Assembly (NCBI GenBank): GCA_002633005.1 | Contig: NMRA01000001.1 | Location: 748,908 to 812,907 of the forward strand | Origin: Phoronis australis | Lineage: Eukaryota > Animalia > Phoronida | Length of the DNA stretch: 64,000 nucleotides | Direction: 5' to 3' | Shown here: piece by piece, positions 37,601-60,864 of the stretch | Numbering within the stretch: position 1 is the stretch's first letter | Layout of the letters: the number at the start of each line of letters is the position of its first letter | The notes under the pieces: generated by a model | Seen by the model: only the letters and a program-made list of their open reading frames with translations | Databases searched by the model: none | What the model was told of the DNA's origin: nothing | Translations under genes and position numbers: made by a program

Positions 37601-40600
37601 GCTTATCTCTTTCGCAGGAAAAGTCGTATTAATGAACATCAGCTTTCGACAGTGAAATATTAATTTGCAGAACGATTAAAAATGTGACTAATTTTGCCAA
37701 AAATAACCACTTTATTCTTGTCACAGTTGCATGGGGATTTTGTTTTATAAATTTCTGAACACAATTCAATATTTAGCAACATGTTCAACTTGTGCACCAC
37801 GACGGTCTCCGAACAACGATCGGGGCCTTCGTTACAGCAACCGAGGATTTGAATTGAATATCTCAGTAAATTAGCATTATGAAGTAACGCGTCATTGCTC
37901 CAATAAATCCCTAGAGTAACCCCATTTTCACTAAAAACGCATTTTTTTATTGCGGAATACGCCCCCTATACACACATAGGCCTATCCCCTCAAGACGACA
38001 AACAAAATGGAACCGATTGAAAACGTATTTCGTCGCATTAGCGTTTTCATGTTGGCGAAAACCTTTTTGAGCAAAGAAGAATTCGCGTTTTCAAAATAAA
38101 AACGCAATTGACTTTATGTGAAGTTTCCTTGTATTAGAATATCCGTGCACACCTGTTCTACTTTTTAACCTGCAACACAAGTCCCTGATATCACTAAAAT
38201 TAAAAGTTGAGAGTTTTAGGTTTACATTTAAACCTGGTTAAAGCTCAGTGAAGTTAACAGCAGGTTAATTACACAAGTCACGTGCAAATCAGACTTACGA
38301 AAAAAAAAATTTGCAAGCTCTTTAGCGAAACCATAGTTCTATGGCTAAGCAGGCCACTGTATGGGAAACAAGTTGAGTGAAACCAACGAGCAATGATTAC
38401 TACTGTTCACACTTTTGACTTTCATATTGAGCTACAATTTCAAAAGTATAAAAAATAGATGAAACTTTAATATCTAGCCTGTGCTCCGGTCCAGTGACGT
38501 TTTGGTGCATGCGCCCGTATTGCGAAAAATTTGAGCAAAACAATCTATTGAAAGAGTGTATTATTTCGAGCATAGACTTATAGGTCTAAGTTTACGCGTA
38601 GTGAATATAAGGGGTAAGTCGTTTGTGTGAATTGCCTCAGCACATGCTTACTTTTCAATGAGTTTGACAAATTCCTGTACTCCCACGTAATCACAGAGAA
38701 AGTTACAAACCACTCCCAGCGCGGCGCTTCCCGTCTTGTTCTGTAGAAGGCCACACAACTGGCCACAAGTTCCCACGACACCAATTTCTATTAATAATTA
38801 AAGAAGACAAAAGAAAATGTATTCAATCGGCATAGATAATCGTGCGCGTATAGGCAAGAATCTCGCAAAAACAAAAGTACACGCAAGACCTCACCAGGTA
38901 TTGCCATGTACTACAAGCGAATCACGTGATCGCACTAGCTTTAGCGAGATTCCGTCTACAAAACTCTACTCAGGGATGTACATTCTTAGTCCAAGCTGAT
39001 TCGAATTAATATCCGGCTACATGTTTGTGCATAACTCGATTTTAAACAATAAACTTATCAACCGAATTTATTTCAACGTTCCAAAATTCATTACGCGATT
39101 ACAGAAATATAGCCGGAGAATCATTCGAATGTTTTTGTTTCGACATTCAAATAAACTTTATTTAAAACTCTTGCAGTTGCAACTAACGACGTGTCGCTGT
39201 AAGTCTTGATGGCGTTACCAAAGAAACTGTGTGTATGAAATGTTCAACAAGTCAAACTTGAGGTTTCCAAGTTCTGTATTCCCAAGTAAGTTCGGGAAAG
39301 AATTGTATTTTCCTGGTCGTATTTCTAAGTTGTATTTAAAGAATTTAGAACGATTTCAGTTGACGCATGGCATGGGCATATCTATGACTTGGAGTACTTT
39401 TTAACATTGAATAATATGCATTGTAGAAGGACGGATGAAAGCTTAATTTTCGGTGAAAGAAAGTCGCGCACGGGCCGTTTTAACTCCCTCTCTCCTCTCC
39501 CCTTTGCTTTGCCAAAATGACTTTTTTGTGACCGAACAGCGTGTTAACTTATTTTTCAGTCACATCTAGGTCTAACTCAACAAAGTAAAAACAACGCATC
39601 CCGATTCAAACCTAACAATTCGGGGCCAAGTTCCCCGATAGCAATTAACTGTAAAGATTATACTCACGAAGAATGATGTTAAGCAGGTTATTGATAGCCT
39701 GGTCGGTGAACTGTATGCATGTCGGGCAAAGATCAAGATCAGTTTTGAAACCTCGGGGGGACTCCTCTCTGATCAACTTTATGGAATTTCTTGATCCGTA
39801 TCTTATTTTATTTCGTGCCGAAAGTTCTTGAAGTCGGATGGCGGGTACGGCAATACATTCACATAGCAACATGCACGCTATCACAGAAATAAATGCCTGA
39901 AATGTACAAGAGTGAAAAAAAAATCGTTGATTTTGATGTGATTTTGCTATATTTTGCCAACTAATTTAAAAGTGTTAAAATTACTATAGGCCTACGGAAA
40001 ATCAACTGAAGTATCTCAGGTATTTTCTGAAATTTAAGCCAATGAGTTATTAATTAAATATCGATTTTACGACTATCGTTAAAACAAAATAGTACGATAC
40101 AATAGCAAAAATGTTGACAGTCAAATTTCGTTCCGTTTAGTTAGAGTGCATGAACTCTCTACTGGACTAGGCTCGTACATTTCGAAGTGACTCGGCCAGT
40201 ACCATTCCGGTTGGCTTTAGTACTGGAACACTTTCGCAGTTATTCATGTCAATTTTTCCAAGTTCCAACGCAGTGGTGGATTTAGAGGGGGACCAACTTG
40301 AGGGGGCCATACCCTCCCCCCCTAAAATTCTACCAGATACCAACCAGGGGGTGACTAACTTGTGACAAATGCATAGGCCCTGAACAAATACCGTTTACTG
40401 TTTTTAGTCAAAAAGTCCGCAAACACAGAAAATCGAGACCCTGCACCCCCACATTTTAGGCTGGGTGCGCGTATCTATCGAAATTCTGGTTATTCCTGTG
40501 CCCAGTGCCCCCCCCCCCCNNNNNNNNNNNNNNNNNNNCTCAAATTCCTGGATCCGCCCCTGCAACGAGTCCTTTTTCTGTAACAGTTAACATAAAACAA

Positions 40601-40646
40601 AAATATTTACTCACGCAAAAGACCATTTTTAATACTTTACCTTCAT
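34652..40646 (-). CDS. Countin-like secreted/lysosomal saposin-B-domain protein (7 exons, 273 aa)
   Basis: Exons 40646-40641 (MK), 39896-39668, 38787-38652, 37575-37463, 35967-35872, 35456-35316, 34752-34652; all GT-AG and in frame. Signal peptide MKAFISVIACMLLCECIA; saposin Cys pattern LCPTC...TCGQLCG...VCNFLCD...DLDPFYFCELIKVC; C-terminus PCEMWVPGVY...CYGECGSKHPHSQIYD. Confidence 0.88.
36894..37033. repeat. Short inverted repeat / small MITE
   Basis: ttcagtaacgctgggacctcgcta ... tagcgaaggtcccagcgctactgaa. Confidence 0.55.
40271..40562. mobile_element. MITE with cagtggcggat...atccgcccctg-type ends (relatives ~45768-45903, ~53986-54180); contains a 19-N gap
   Basis: Imperfect TIR cagtggtggatttag / ctggatccgcccctg and G/C homopolymer runs. 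Confidence 0.55.
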
Positions 40647-41059
40647 GTTCGCGTTTTTCCCTTCACTACTATTCCAATCTCAACGTTAACTGCATGTGTA
40701 CCGTTACACCCGGCGAATTTGCTTCGTTTAGGACGGACAACTTGGCCTATTGATCACGTGATTGGTCACGTTATATACAAACTTAAATACTTTTTCAAAA
40801 AGCATTACAATCTCTCTAAAAGTTTGAGTGAAATATTTTAATATGTTTTGAAAATTATTTGTTGTTCATGTTGTACAATTACATCATTCTAATTTCTTAT
40901 TAATTTACTGCGTTAGTTCTTAGTAATTTTTAATTTGGGTCATCATTATCACCAAGGAAGTTGTTGATTTCCTCCGTTGATTTCTCGCTCAGAGCATGGA
41001 CTTTTGACTTAAAAAGGTTTACATCGATCGTTTATACTTAATTTTTGAAGTTGAAAAAG
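40647..41059. promoter_or_regulatory. Bidirectional promoter countin-like / CCDC42-like
   Basis: 413 bp between divergent ATGs. Palindromic E-box ATCACGTGAT at 40753-40762, followed by ATTGG and GTCACGTT. Confidence 0.5.
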
Positions 41060-44000
41060 ATGGTTTCAAGGTCTTACAAGCTCGAGCTAGATCCCCCGAA
41101 GAGAAACATCTTCGTAACGCAGCTGCAGGAAAGGTGATGACTTTACGAATTGTGTTTACAGAGCTCAGTTCTGACTTAGTTTGTAAATTTTATGACGTCT
41201 GCCTTATCCTCAAACAAATTGAGGATTGTAACTGTTCTCCCATTGCTTGAATGTTTCGTTACCGCGCTTAACCCTAATAATAGTAACCCAACAATATCTA
41301 ATATGAAAGGACAACCATGTGATAATTGTAGCGCAGAAATTGTTTTACTATTGAAGAAACAAAACCTTGTACTTGACGCATGCACTGTCCAAGCTCAGGT
41401 ATTATGTCATGATTGTGACATCAATTCAATTCAGTCTCTGTCCCATTGCGGGCATATTTTTACACTAAAAAATTTTGCGATTCAAAATACAAGGCAAATA
41501 TAGGGACATTGAACAGTCTCACCCAATGCATGAAGCTGCATTGGTTTCTTTGATTTTGTGCAGTCTCAACACCTTTTGTTTTCTGATGTGAAAGTGGAGA
41601 CAATATCATGCTGAGTGTTGAATTCCTCCTGGGTTTGTTTGGCTCATGTTACAAACCGACCTTGCCTGCTTTTACTGCAACATCATTTCTACTTATTTCA
41701 TGTAATTCATCATTAGGTGAGCCTATCTTTATTATAAAACATATCCATAATTTATTTTGAAGCATCAGTACTGGCCCATAAATAATAAAGTTGCACCTTG
41801 TGCTAGCTTTAAGTCCACATCCTCTAGCACATTGTACATTACATAAGATGACTACCCCTGCATCAGGTAGTACGTGAATGAAAAAAAATTGCACCAAACA
41901 TTAAAATGAACAAAAATGAGTAAAAACGTACATATTTAGAAGCAAACTTAGAAGAGATAAATAACTGACAAGCCTTTGTCATGTTGGCATAGTGCATTGA
42001 ATATGGCTAATTAGTTATATTTATTCATATCATAACAATGTTGCATTGTTTCTGTGGTTGCAGAGATGAAGAAGTGGAGGATACCATCCCCTACCCTGTG
42101 GTGAGGGAGAATGCTGGCAAGCTGATTGAAACAGGCATAAACACGCTGCAGAAAACACTGCTACTGAAGAAAGAAGTCGAAGTGGACATTGTCAATCGAG
42201 AGCTGGTGGATAAAAGGGCAGAGTTCAAACGACGAATGGAAGCATGCGCTGAGAAGCAAATTGAAGTGCAGAAGAAACAGCAGAAGGTAGAGTGAGATTA
42301 AGTTTTCATCGTTTCTTGATATCACTGGGCGTTTTTTGCAAAGCAGACCCAAGTGCAGGGATATTCCTGGACTGCACCTTTGCGCCATTAGCGCGTAAAA
42401 AATAAAAAGGCGCAAGTATATTGCGACAGTGCGCTCCTGTACGCATCTTTTAAAACGCAACACTCTTCCAAAATGCAAGATGTTAGTCACCTTACAGCCA
42501 ATCGGGTAAAACATGACTGTTCTTATTTCGATTGCCAGGGTTTCTGTTTCATACGTTACCACTTTAATTGCACTTAGTCTGCTGGGCACAACTTTTTGAA
42601 AAAGAGACACTTTATCATCAGGTGCACCCAAAGGCATAAGCTCAAAGCTGGTCAGGAATATCCTTGCAAGTGATTCTGAATCAATGTCAAGCGTTGGTGG
42701 GTTGAAGCTCTGTACAACGATCAGCTAGTTGTGGCATGTATCATGTAGATAGCCTAAATGAAGAATATGTCTTGGTACTTGTCACTTTCTGAGATCCCAC
42801 ATTTTGAGAACCAGTTTTCTCCCCTGAATAACAGGCATTAAATTGCTTCTGAGTATCCAGGACCCATGTTAGAGAATATTGCCAATTTTGCATTGTATTG
42901 TGTTTGACAGTACCTGAAATTGGTATTTTTGGCACTCGTGTAGCTCATCAGGGCCTGAGACCTGAAAACTTTCCTTGAGACTTTTAAGTTTTTAGTCTCA
43001 GGCGTTGGTCTGGTTTTGCCAAGACAAAATACTTCTCTTCAAATCTGTTGGCAGCAATTTATTTGACTGGAAAGATGTTCAGGGTTCACAATACAAAATA
43101 AATTTGGAACCTGTATAGAAGGATACACATAGCCATGGTTTGTATCTTCAGCTTCAATCAAAATAAGCATCTGCTTTCTTTCCCAACAGATGAAAGACCA
43201 GGTCTCCAAGTTTGAAAAGTTTATACAAGAAAACGAAGGCAAACGACGACGTGCTATTCAGAAGTATCAACAGGAAGTGAAGTTGCGGCACCAGAAGAAC
43301 CAAGAACTCGATGATCTAGAGAGAGATTTAGCACAACTGCGTCGAAGGCATAGATATTTAGAAAATCTTCTACATCAGTACAAGAAGTTTGAAGAGTACC
43401 TGATGAGAGTTGTAGACAATTTACCTGAAAGTAAGTGTATACAGTACAATTCAGTACAGACCTGTATAGTGCAAGGCTATTGTTTGTAGTCCAACTTCAA
43501 CATTTTTGTTCTTTTGGTTCATGTGTTTTCTAAGTCTCTTCTTGACCCTGTCTTGTATCCAGTTCACATGTTGACCTGTTTTTACCAGTGGTATGGAGTC
43601 CATTCTTACCACACAACTGTTTGGGGCACCTTTGGTAAACATTTTGAAAGGGCTTCATCTGAGTTACCACAAAACTTTAACCTGTTGCTTGAAACAGGAA
43701 CATTTCGTCAGTTGATTTCATTTCTAGTCTCTGCATGGCTTGTCAAAATGAGCTTAAAAACTTCTGTGACATATTCATTGCTCTTACTGAATATCATTTC
43801 CAATTTTCTTCAGCTCATTTGGAAAGGACACTTTGGGTAATCCTGTTATTCTTTTTCTGTTCTATTCATATTGTTATTTTGTTAAATCGAGACCAAAATA
43901 AAATTACTAATTATTGTGTTATATACATTATAATATAAGTATTAAATTTCTATTTTATATTCACTTTAGACTTTAATGTTTAAAGAAGAATCCTGGTCTG

Positions 44001-46429
44001 TCAGTTATTGTTACTCCAAGTGAGCATTGGAATGTATCACCTTGTCTTAACCAATCCCTACTTTCACATTTAGTAGCCATAATAGTCTGTTTACAAATTT
44101 GAAATTAATAACATGCTGAAGACTGATATTATATAGCTTACAATGAACTAAATGCATTTCTGTTCACTGGCTGCAGAAAACTAATGAGCATAGTATTTCC
44201 TGATGGCATAGAAATGAACATGATATTTCCAGATTTCATTAAATGAACATTATATTTCCAGATTACATAGAAATGCAAGACACTATGATCAACAGCCTCA
44301 TGTTACGGCACAACACGCTCTTTACAACCAATCAGGGCTTAGTTGCAGACTTGACAGTTCGGTCTGATGAGGTGAGTTTTTGTTGAGGCCCACAAAGTCT
44401 ATGTTTAAGAACATAGAAACACTTTAAGAACAAACAGTTTTTACCAGATCACAGATCAAGTTGTGCTTGAGCACTGGTGCTTTCTTAAGCAGACACAAGC
44501 TAGTCGTATAGATTACATTACGATTGGCAAACTATGGATATGATTTGGTTCTCTAGGAAGGGTTATAGGTTTTGATTTGCTTGGTTTTGTATAGTTTAAC
44601 TAAAATGTATTGTCAGATAGGCTTTAATGGAATTTTAAAGACATTGTGAGTGGACAAATGACAAATGGATTAGATAAACAGGAATGATCCAGGTGCTATG
44701 GCTATAAATAAGTGGAATTCAATTTGAACAGTTGAAAAACAGCAGCAAGATCCAGCCAATAGGCTCACGAATGCTGACAAGGAACATACGCGCATTAATT
44801 CTGTGCAACGTCCAAGTTCTTCAAAGCGAAAGAAAAATGTGTGCATACACACTCACACTCCACCTCTTGGATGTCTACTATTTACTGACTGCAAGCTAAT
44901 TTAATTTCAGCTGGAGGCCTACAGACAGAAGTACGAGACGATGATAGTGGAACATGACAAAATGAAAATGTCTATCAATAGCACCCTTGCCAATCTGCAG
45001 AAAGAGTTGGAACGAAAAATGAACAAAAATGAACGGTTAGAACAGATTATCAACAGAGACAAAGCCGAGCTTCGAGAACTGGTCAGTAAATTGAGTATGC
45101 CAAGTGTTTGAACAAATTCAGCTTTATATTTTAATTGGTGAGGTGTGACAACATACTAAGTTTGTATTGGGCTCATACTGAATTGTTTTATGTTTGGAAA
45201 TATTCTGGCAAATGAATGATTTGGTGTCCACAACTTGTGTTATCTGCCAATAGCTCCAGCATAATTCAAAACTTTGAAGTGAATTGAATACCTCTGTTGC
45301 CAAGATTTGCTGTTGTTTTGGTCAAATGTCTTTTAATATTACGTGAATGTTAACAGCATTTTGTGTATTTAATTCCAGAAAGCATTGGTGGGAATGATTT
45401 TTATATCAATCAACAATATTGCTGAAAAATGTCGCCGTATCTCAGACAAACCACTAGAAGATATGCTGCTTGAAGAAAAACTAGAAAAGATTAGGGTAAG
45501 TAATCAAGATATTAATTGCTTTAAAGCAAAACATTAAAAAACCACCTTCTTGTTTTGCCACCCAAAATTGGGCTGGCCAATTAGCCTTTACGAAATTTGA
45601 CGGCTCCGTTTCAGTTGCAGGTCTTCTCTCAATTCTACCTGTTCAAATTGATGCTGTTAAGGAATTTGTTTTCTAGTTTGATAGGCTTATTCATCATATT
45701 TCTTGATTTCACATTTAACCACTAAGTAGAGAGAACATGTAGCTTTAATTGGAAGACGACCGGGATCGGTGGCAGATTTAGAGGGGTCCCCCAAAAATTC
45801 TCCCAGATTCCATTTGCAGTTCGGAGGTGCGAATGTCTTAAGGGCAAAATCCTGGATACTCTGCCCTGCCCTCCCCCCAACTCAAAATCCTGGATTCGGC
45901 CCTTGTGGATGTATGGGTAACAGTAGGATATAATGTGCCTGCATTTTGAGAACCACTTTTCTCCTATTGAACAACGGGCATCAAACTGGTTCTCAAAATG
46001 TGGGCACGTTATATTCGACTATTGCCGGCATATGTACACCTTTATTTGTAGAAAACTTAGTCATTTTTTTTCAGTTATTATTGAACCCACAAACTGTGAT
46101 AAAAGTGTAATTAAACTGTTGACAATACTCTAGAAACGAGACGCAAATGACATATTAAAACAATTGTGCCATCCAGTCACGGGAACACTAGAAATTTGCA
46201 GTAATTACCCACGATGCTGCTAAATACGCCAGGCATCATGCTTTTGATGACTATTAGTAAAAACAACGTTTGTTGTATATTTCAGATTCATGTCTGCGAA
46301 CAAATTGACATAGCTAACCTGGCTCAACCAAGAGATAGCTCTGCAGGTACTGGTGGCAAACGAAGTGCTGGTCGCAGGCGGACAAAAGTGAAAAATACCG
46401 GAAAAGTCGCTTTTGCTCAAGACTATTGA
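41060..46429 (+). CDS. Coiled-coil protein of the CCDC42/CCDC197/CFAP73 (DUF4200) family (7 exons, 359 aa)
   Basis: Exons 41060-41133, 42064-42286, 43190-43430, 44262-44371, 44911-45081, 45379-45495, 46286-46429 join in frame. Motifs TLLLKKEVE, EFKRRME, KFEKFIQENEGKRRRAIQK, YKKFEEYLMRVV are typical of DUF4200 ciliary coiled-coil proteins. Exact orthologue uncertain. Confidence 0.85.
42354..42668. mobile_element. MITE in CCDC42-like intron 2
   Basis: TIR tgcagggatattcctg / caggaatatccttgca. Confidence 0.55.
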
Positions 46430-49400
46430 AAAACAGTTGCTTCATTTTGCAAGACCACAGTCCAAGACAGTGGAACAGTTAGTCTTTTGAGACATGTGTT
46501 TATAACATCTTGACCAATTTTTCAAGAGGTATTGTGGATTGTCTGGAGTGAAAAACATCAAATCATGATACTAAGAAGTGCGTATTTTTTTAATCGTTCA
46601 AAACATCCAAGTACCACTCAGGTCTGAAGCAGCCATCATTTTATACGTCTTGTAACCAGGAAGCATCCATGATGTCACAGGCTACTGGACTGCAAGGGCT
46701 TCTATGTTTAGGATCTGCAAACCATTAGAAGTAATTTGTTGGCAGGACTTCATAGCAACCAGTTTTTGTAGGAAACGGAATGCCATATTGGAATGATGTA
46801 AAGGTGGATTTCAATCATACTGAAGAACCACGCAATGTCGGTGCTCTATTGTTTTAAACCAAAGTGCATGAAATGTGATACAGAAATAATGTATTACAGT
46901 GGAATGATGGTGTAAAATTAACATAACATCTGTAGACGTTCTCAATTTGTTGTTGGTAGATCTGATATTAATAAAACTACCAAGACATATATTTCTGTTC
47001 CAAAGCATTGGGTCGTTATTGAATATGTCATATAAGTGTGACGAGGAATTTCAAATTCACAAGGTGGTGCGAGGGAAACTAAGATCCTACCGGCATAAAC
47101 GTTTGCCCTAAGAACACGCGCGGTTTCAACTACTGGTATAAAGCATAAAAATGGTTTCAGGTGATCAGTGGAGTACGCCCACATGCACAGCTTGCAATTA
47201 ATTATTTTTTCATAAGAAAACTCTCACTTGGGTGAACAGCTTTCTGTTCTCCATCAACTCCGACAAGCGCCACCTGGTGAATATTGCGTCCCATTAAACA
47301 CGGTATACGCACATTACACTATACATCCAGTAGGAATAAAACAATTGAATATTTAATATATAAACTTGCATTTTATTGCAATATACCATCACAAAGTATT
47401 CACTCACTTTAAAAGCACCATTGGTCAAACCAGTATAACACTAATAGGATACAATGTATCTAAAGGCCCATAAGTTGAGTTCCAGTGAGAAAGGGCACAT
47501 ATTAGTGTTGTCACACTATTAATTGCATTTTGTTTAGGAAAAGAAATTGATGTTTTGTATATCTGTGAGAAATGGCTATTGGTAACATGGGGACAACTGA
47601 TATCTGAATCCCTCTAGAAGACAAGGTAACAATTTTGGACAAAACATTTGAATTATGCCCAAATGCACCACTATGGATGCTTTAAAAGTGATGAAAGATT
47701 TCATTTAGACTTCCAAAAATTCAAAATAATCTCAGAAATTTCCGATAACTGATCGGAGTTAAGATGAAATCTTTTATCACTCAATCTCCTTCCCGATGAA
47801 GCTATTTACGAAAAAACTTTCATCAAGTTGTTGTTACGACTAAGTTCCCCAGTGTACAAGATGGCAGCAGTAATCACTAATCCCATTTTGTCGCAGTGTT
47901 GTCTCATTAAAACTTAAATGGAGTAATAACAGAGTAGCAAATGAAGTGCGCCTGTACACCGGCCTTTAAAGTAAACATCCTTACAACCTAACTGTATCAC
48001 TTAAATGATCACATCATTTTCAACAATTTCATTTTAAACACCACTGTTCTGCTGTTCCTGGCTCAATTCCCATCCCCTATTTTTAAATTTCTCAACTAAA
48101 ATGCCCTGGGCATTAGTCTAAACGGATATACTACTTGCACACAACCTCCTAAAAAGTATTCTTTTTAAAATAAATTAAGATTGACAAGATTTTGCTCATG
48201 ATAAACTGTCATGGGATAAAGTAGGCCATAATTATTTTTAATAAAATAACAAACACGATAAATAAAAATGTTAACTCTTTGGTACCTACTCAACATGAAA
48301 TTATTTATTACTAAAAATTACTAAACCACACCTGCAATTACACAATGACATTTTGTTCATCGTATTCCCATGAACCTCTAGCAGCAATTGAACTACTAGC
48401 AAGCAATCTTTCATGACATTTCAGCATGAGCTAGCAAAAAGGGGCAGGCACCACAGTCAATGATTCACAAATCAAGCCAACTACACAAAATTCCAACTGC
48501 TTCATGAAACAACAATTTGCTTGGAGCTTGAGTTTTTAGCCAGCACAATCTGGATGGAATTTTGACAAAATACAGAACAAAATCGCAACACAGCAGCCAA
48601 CCACACAGGTCTTACACTAAAATCATTATGAACAATCCTCGTAAATGACGAAAACTTTTCACACGATTAAATACAAAACCCCGTCTCGTCAACTGCATTT
48701 AAAAACCATGAATATCTTAGAAGCATGAAACATTCGCGATAGTTTGTGTAACAATAATAACCACAACCTCAACCTCCAAATCAGATAAGAAGTTTGGCCC
48801 GAGCTCCCTGTGTCTCAAGTGTATACTACGAATAACAAGCCTCATGTCTACATCTATACGTGCCGTTACAACCTGTCAATTCAATCACCATGGATATTTC
48901 GTTTTGGTGTCCGCTTCCATATCCCAGTTGTATTTAACTGTATTCTTGTATAAACCTTCTGACGATTTCGCTCACAAATTACAAGCCTCTTATCTTGTAT
49001 ATATTCACTCAATGCCAAACAAGACTGCAGATATGTATCTCCGCTCGACTGCCCTTCGCATCACAGTCTGCTATCTCTTGTCTCTATGCACAAGTATCAT
49101 TCTCATCAGCTTTCACTCAGTCTCCCTCCACATCACAGCCTAAAAACTTTGTCTCTGTATCAGAGGTGAAGTCCTAGAAGAAATAATTGGGGGAAGACTG
49201 AACATCAAGTGGAATAGAAGAGTAAAATACACAGCAATCCAATAAGAGTGAAACCTGACAGGAAATTTACTTTAATTTCAACACACAAAATACTAGAGAA
49301 AAGCATTTTAGTGATGAGTTGCATCTGTTAGCTGACGATAGTAAGGGGACGGCGTGTCCTCTCAACTACACACAAACAAGTGTTCAAACTTGAACTCCCT

Positions 49401-49696
49401 TTTGTGCTTTTGTAACAACAATGCCATTTTTGTACGGCAATCCTAAAGGGAACACTATACACGCGCCGTTAGAGCCCAAAATTGTTGAAGCAAACTTAAA
49501 ACAGAAAAACAGCCAGGCGTCTATTTACCAGAAATAAATTAAGAGCAACTAAAAATAGACTAATACTTTTTTTCATAAACATTGCACAGTCAAACTTTAC
49601 TTGCTGCAGATGTCAGTCCCCACACTACACGTAGGTCCTATATTTTCTAGTTTCGTGAGCACCTTGGCACTACTGATATCTCCGTTTAATCACCTC

Positions 49697-60331
<10,635 letters not shown>

Positions 60332-60864
60332 ATCTCCACAATTTCATTAACCGGGCGATAATGTTGTTTTGGAATGCCTGGCACGAGCCAGTCAAGACGA
60401 ATGACTCATTCGCCAATTAATCGGGTTTTCGCCACAGAAAGTCAAATATTAGTTTCAAGTATCACCTACAAAACTTCATTTCGTATACGACTTGTTCATC
60501 GGTATACACAATAAATACGAATGGGCTAAATAAATATAATTAACGTCAAATCGGCGAAAATACCCGTTTTTAACTGCAAAAACAAAACCGGCCACTTCAG
60601 AGGTGTGTTTACGTCATAGAAATTTGTGTACCACGGAAATCTGTGACGTAAACTCGTGTTGCCATGTTTTCCGTAGCAACCCACCATATTGTTCAGAGAA
60701 ACAGTCGTGAAGAGAAGTTCCAGATCATAACTGGTTATTGCGTGGGTTGTTTTTAATTTTATGGGTTGGTTTCAAGTAAATTTGTGACATTTAAGCATAG
60801 AGAATCTAAAGATATCGGAAAAAAGTGATTTCAATTGTGATTGAGAACTTTATTTGAGTGCACA
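60332..60864. promoter_or_regulatory. Bidirectional promoter SAV1 / RSPH4
   Basis: 533 bp between divergent ATGs. Inverted CRE-like pair at 60607-60620 / 60640-60653 and an RFX X-box-like gttgccatgttttccgtagcaac at 60658-60680. Confidence 0.55.
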
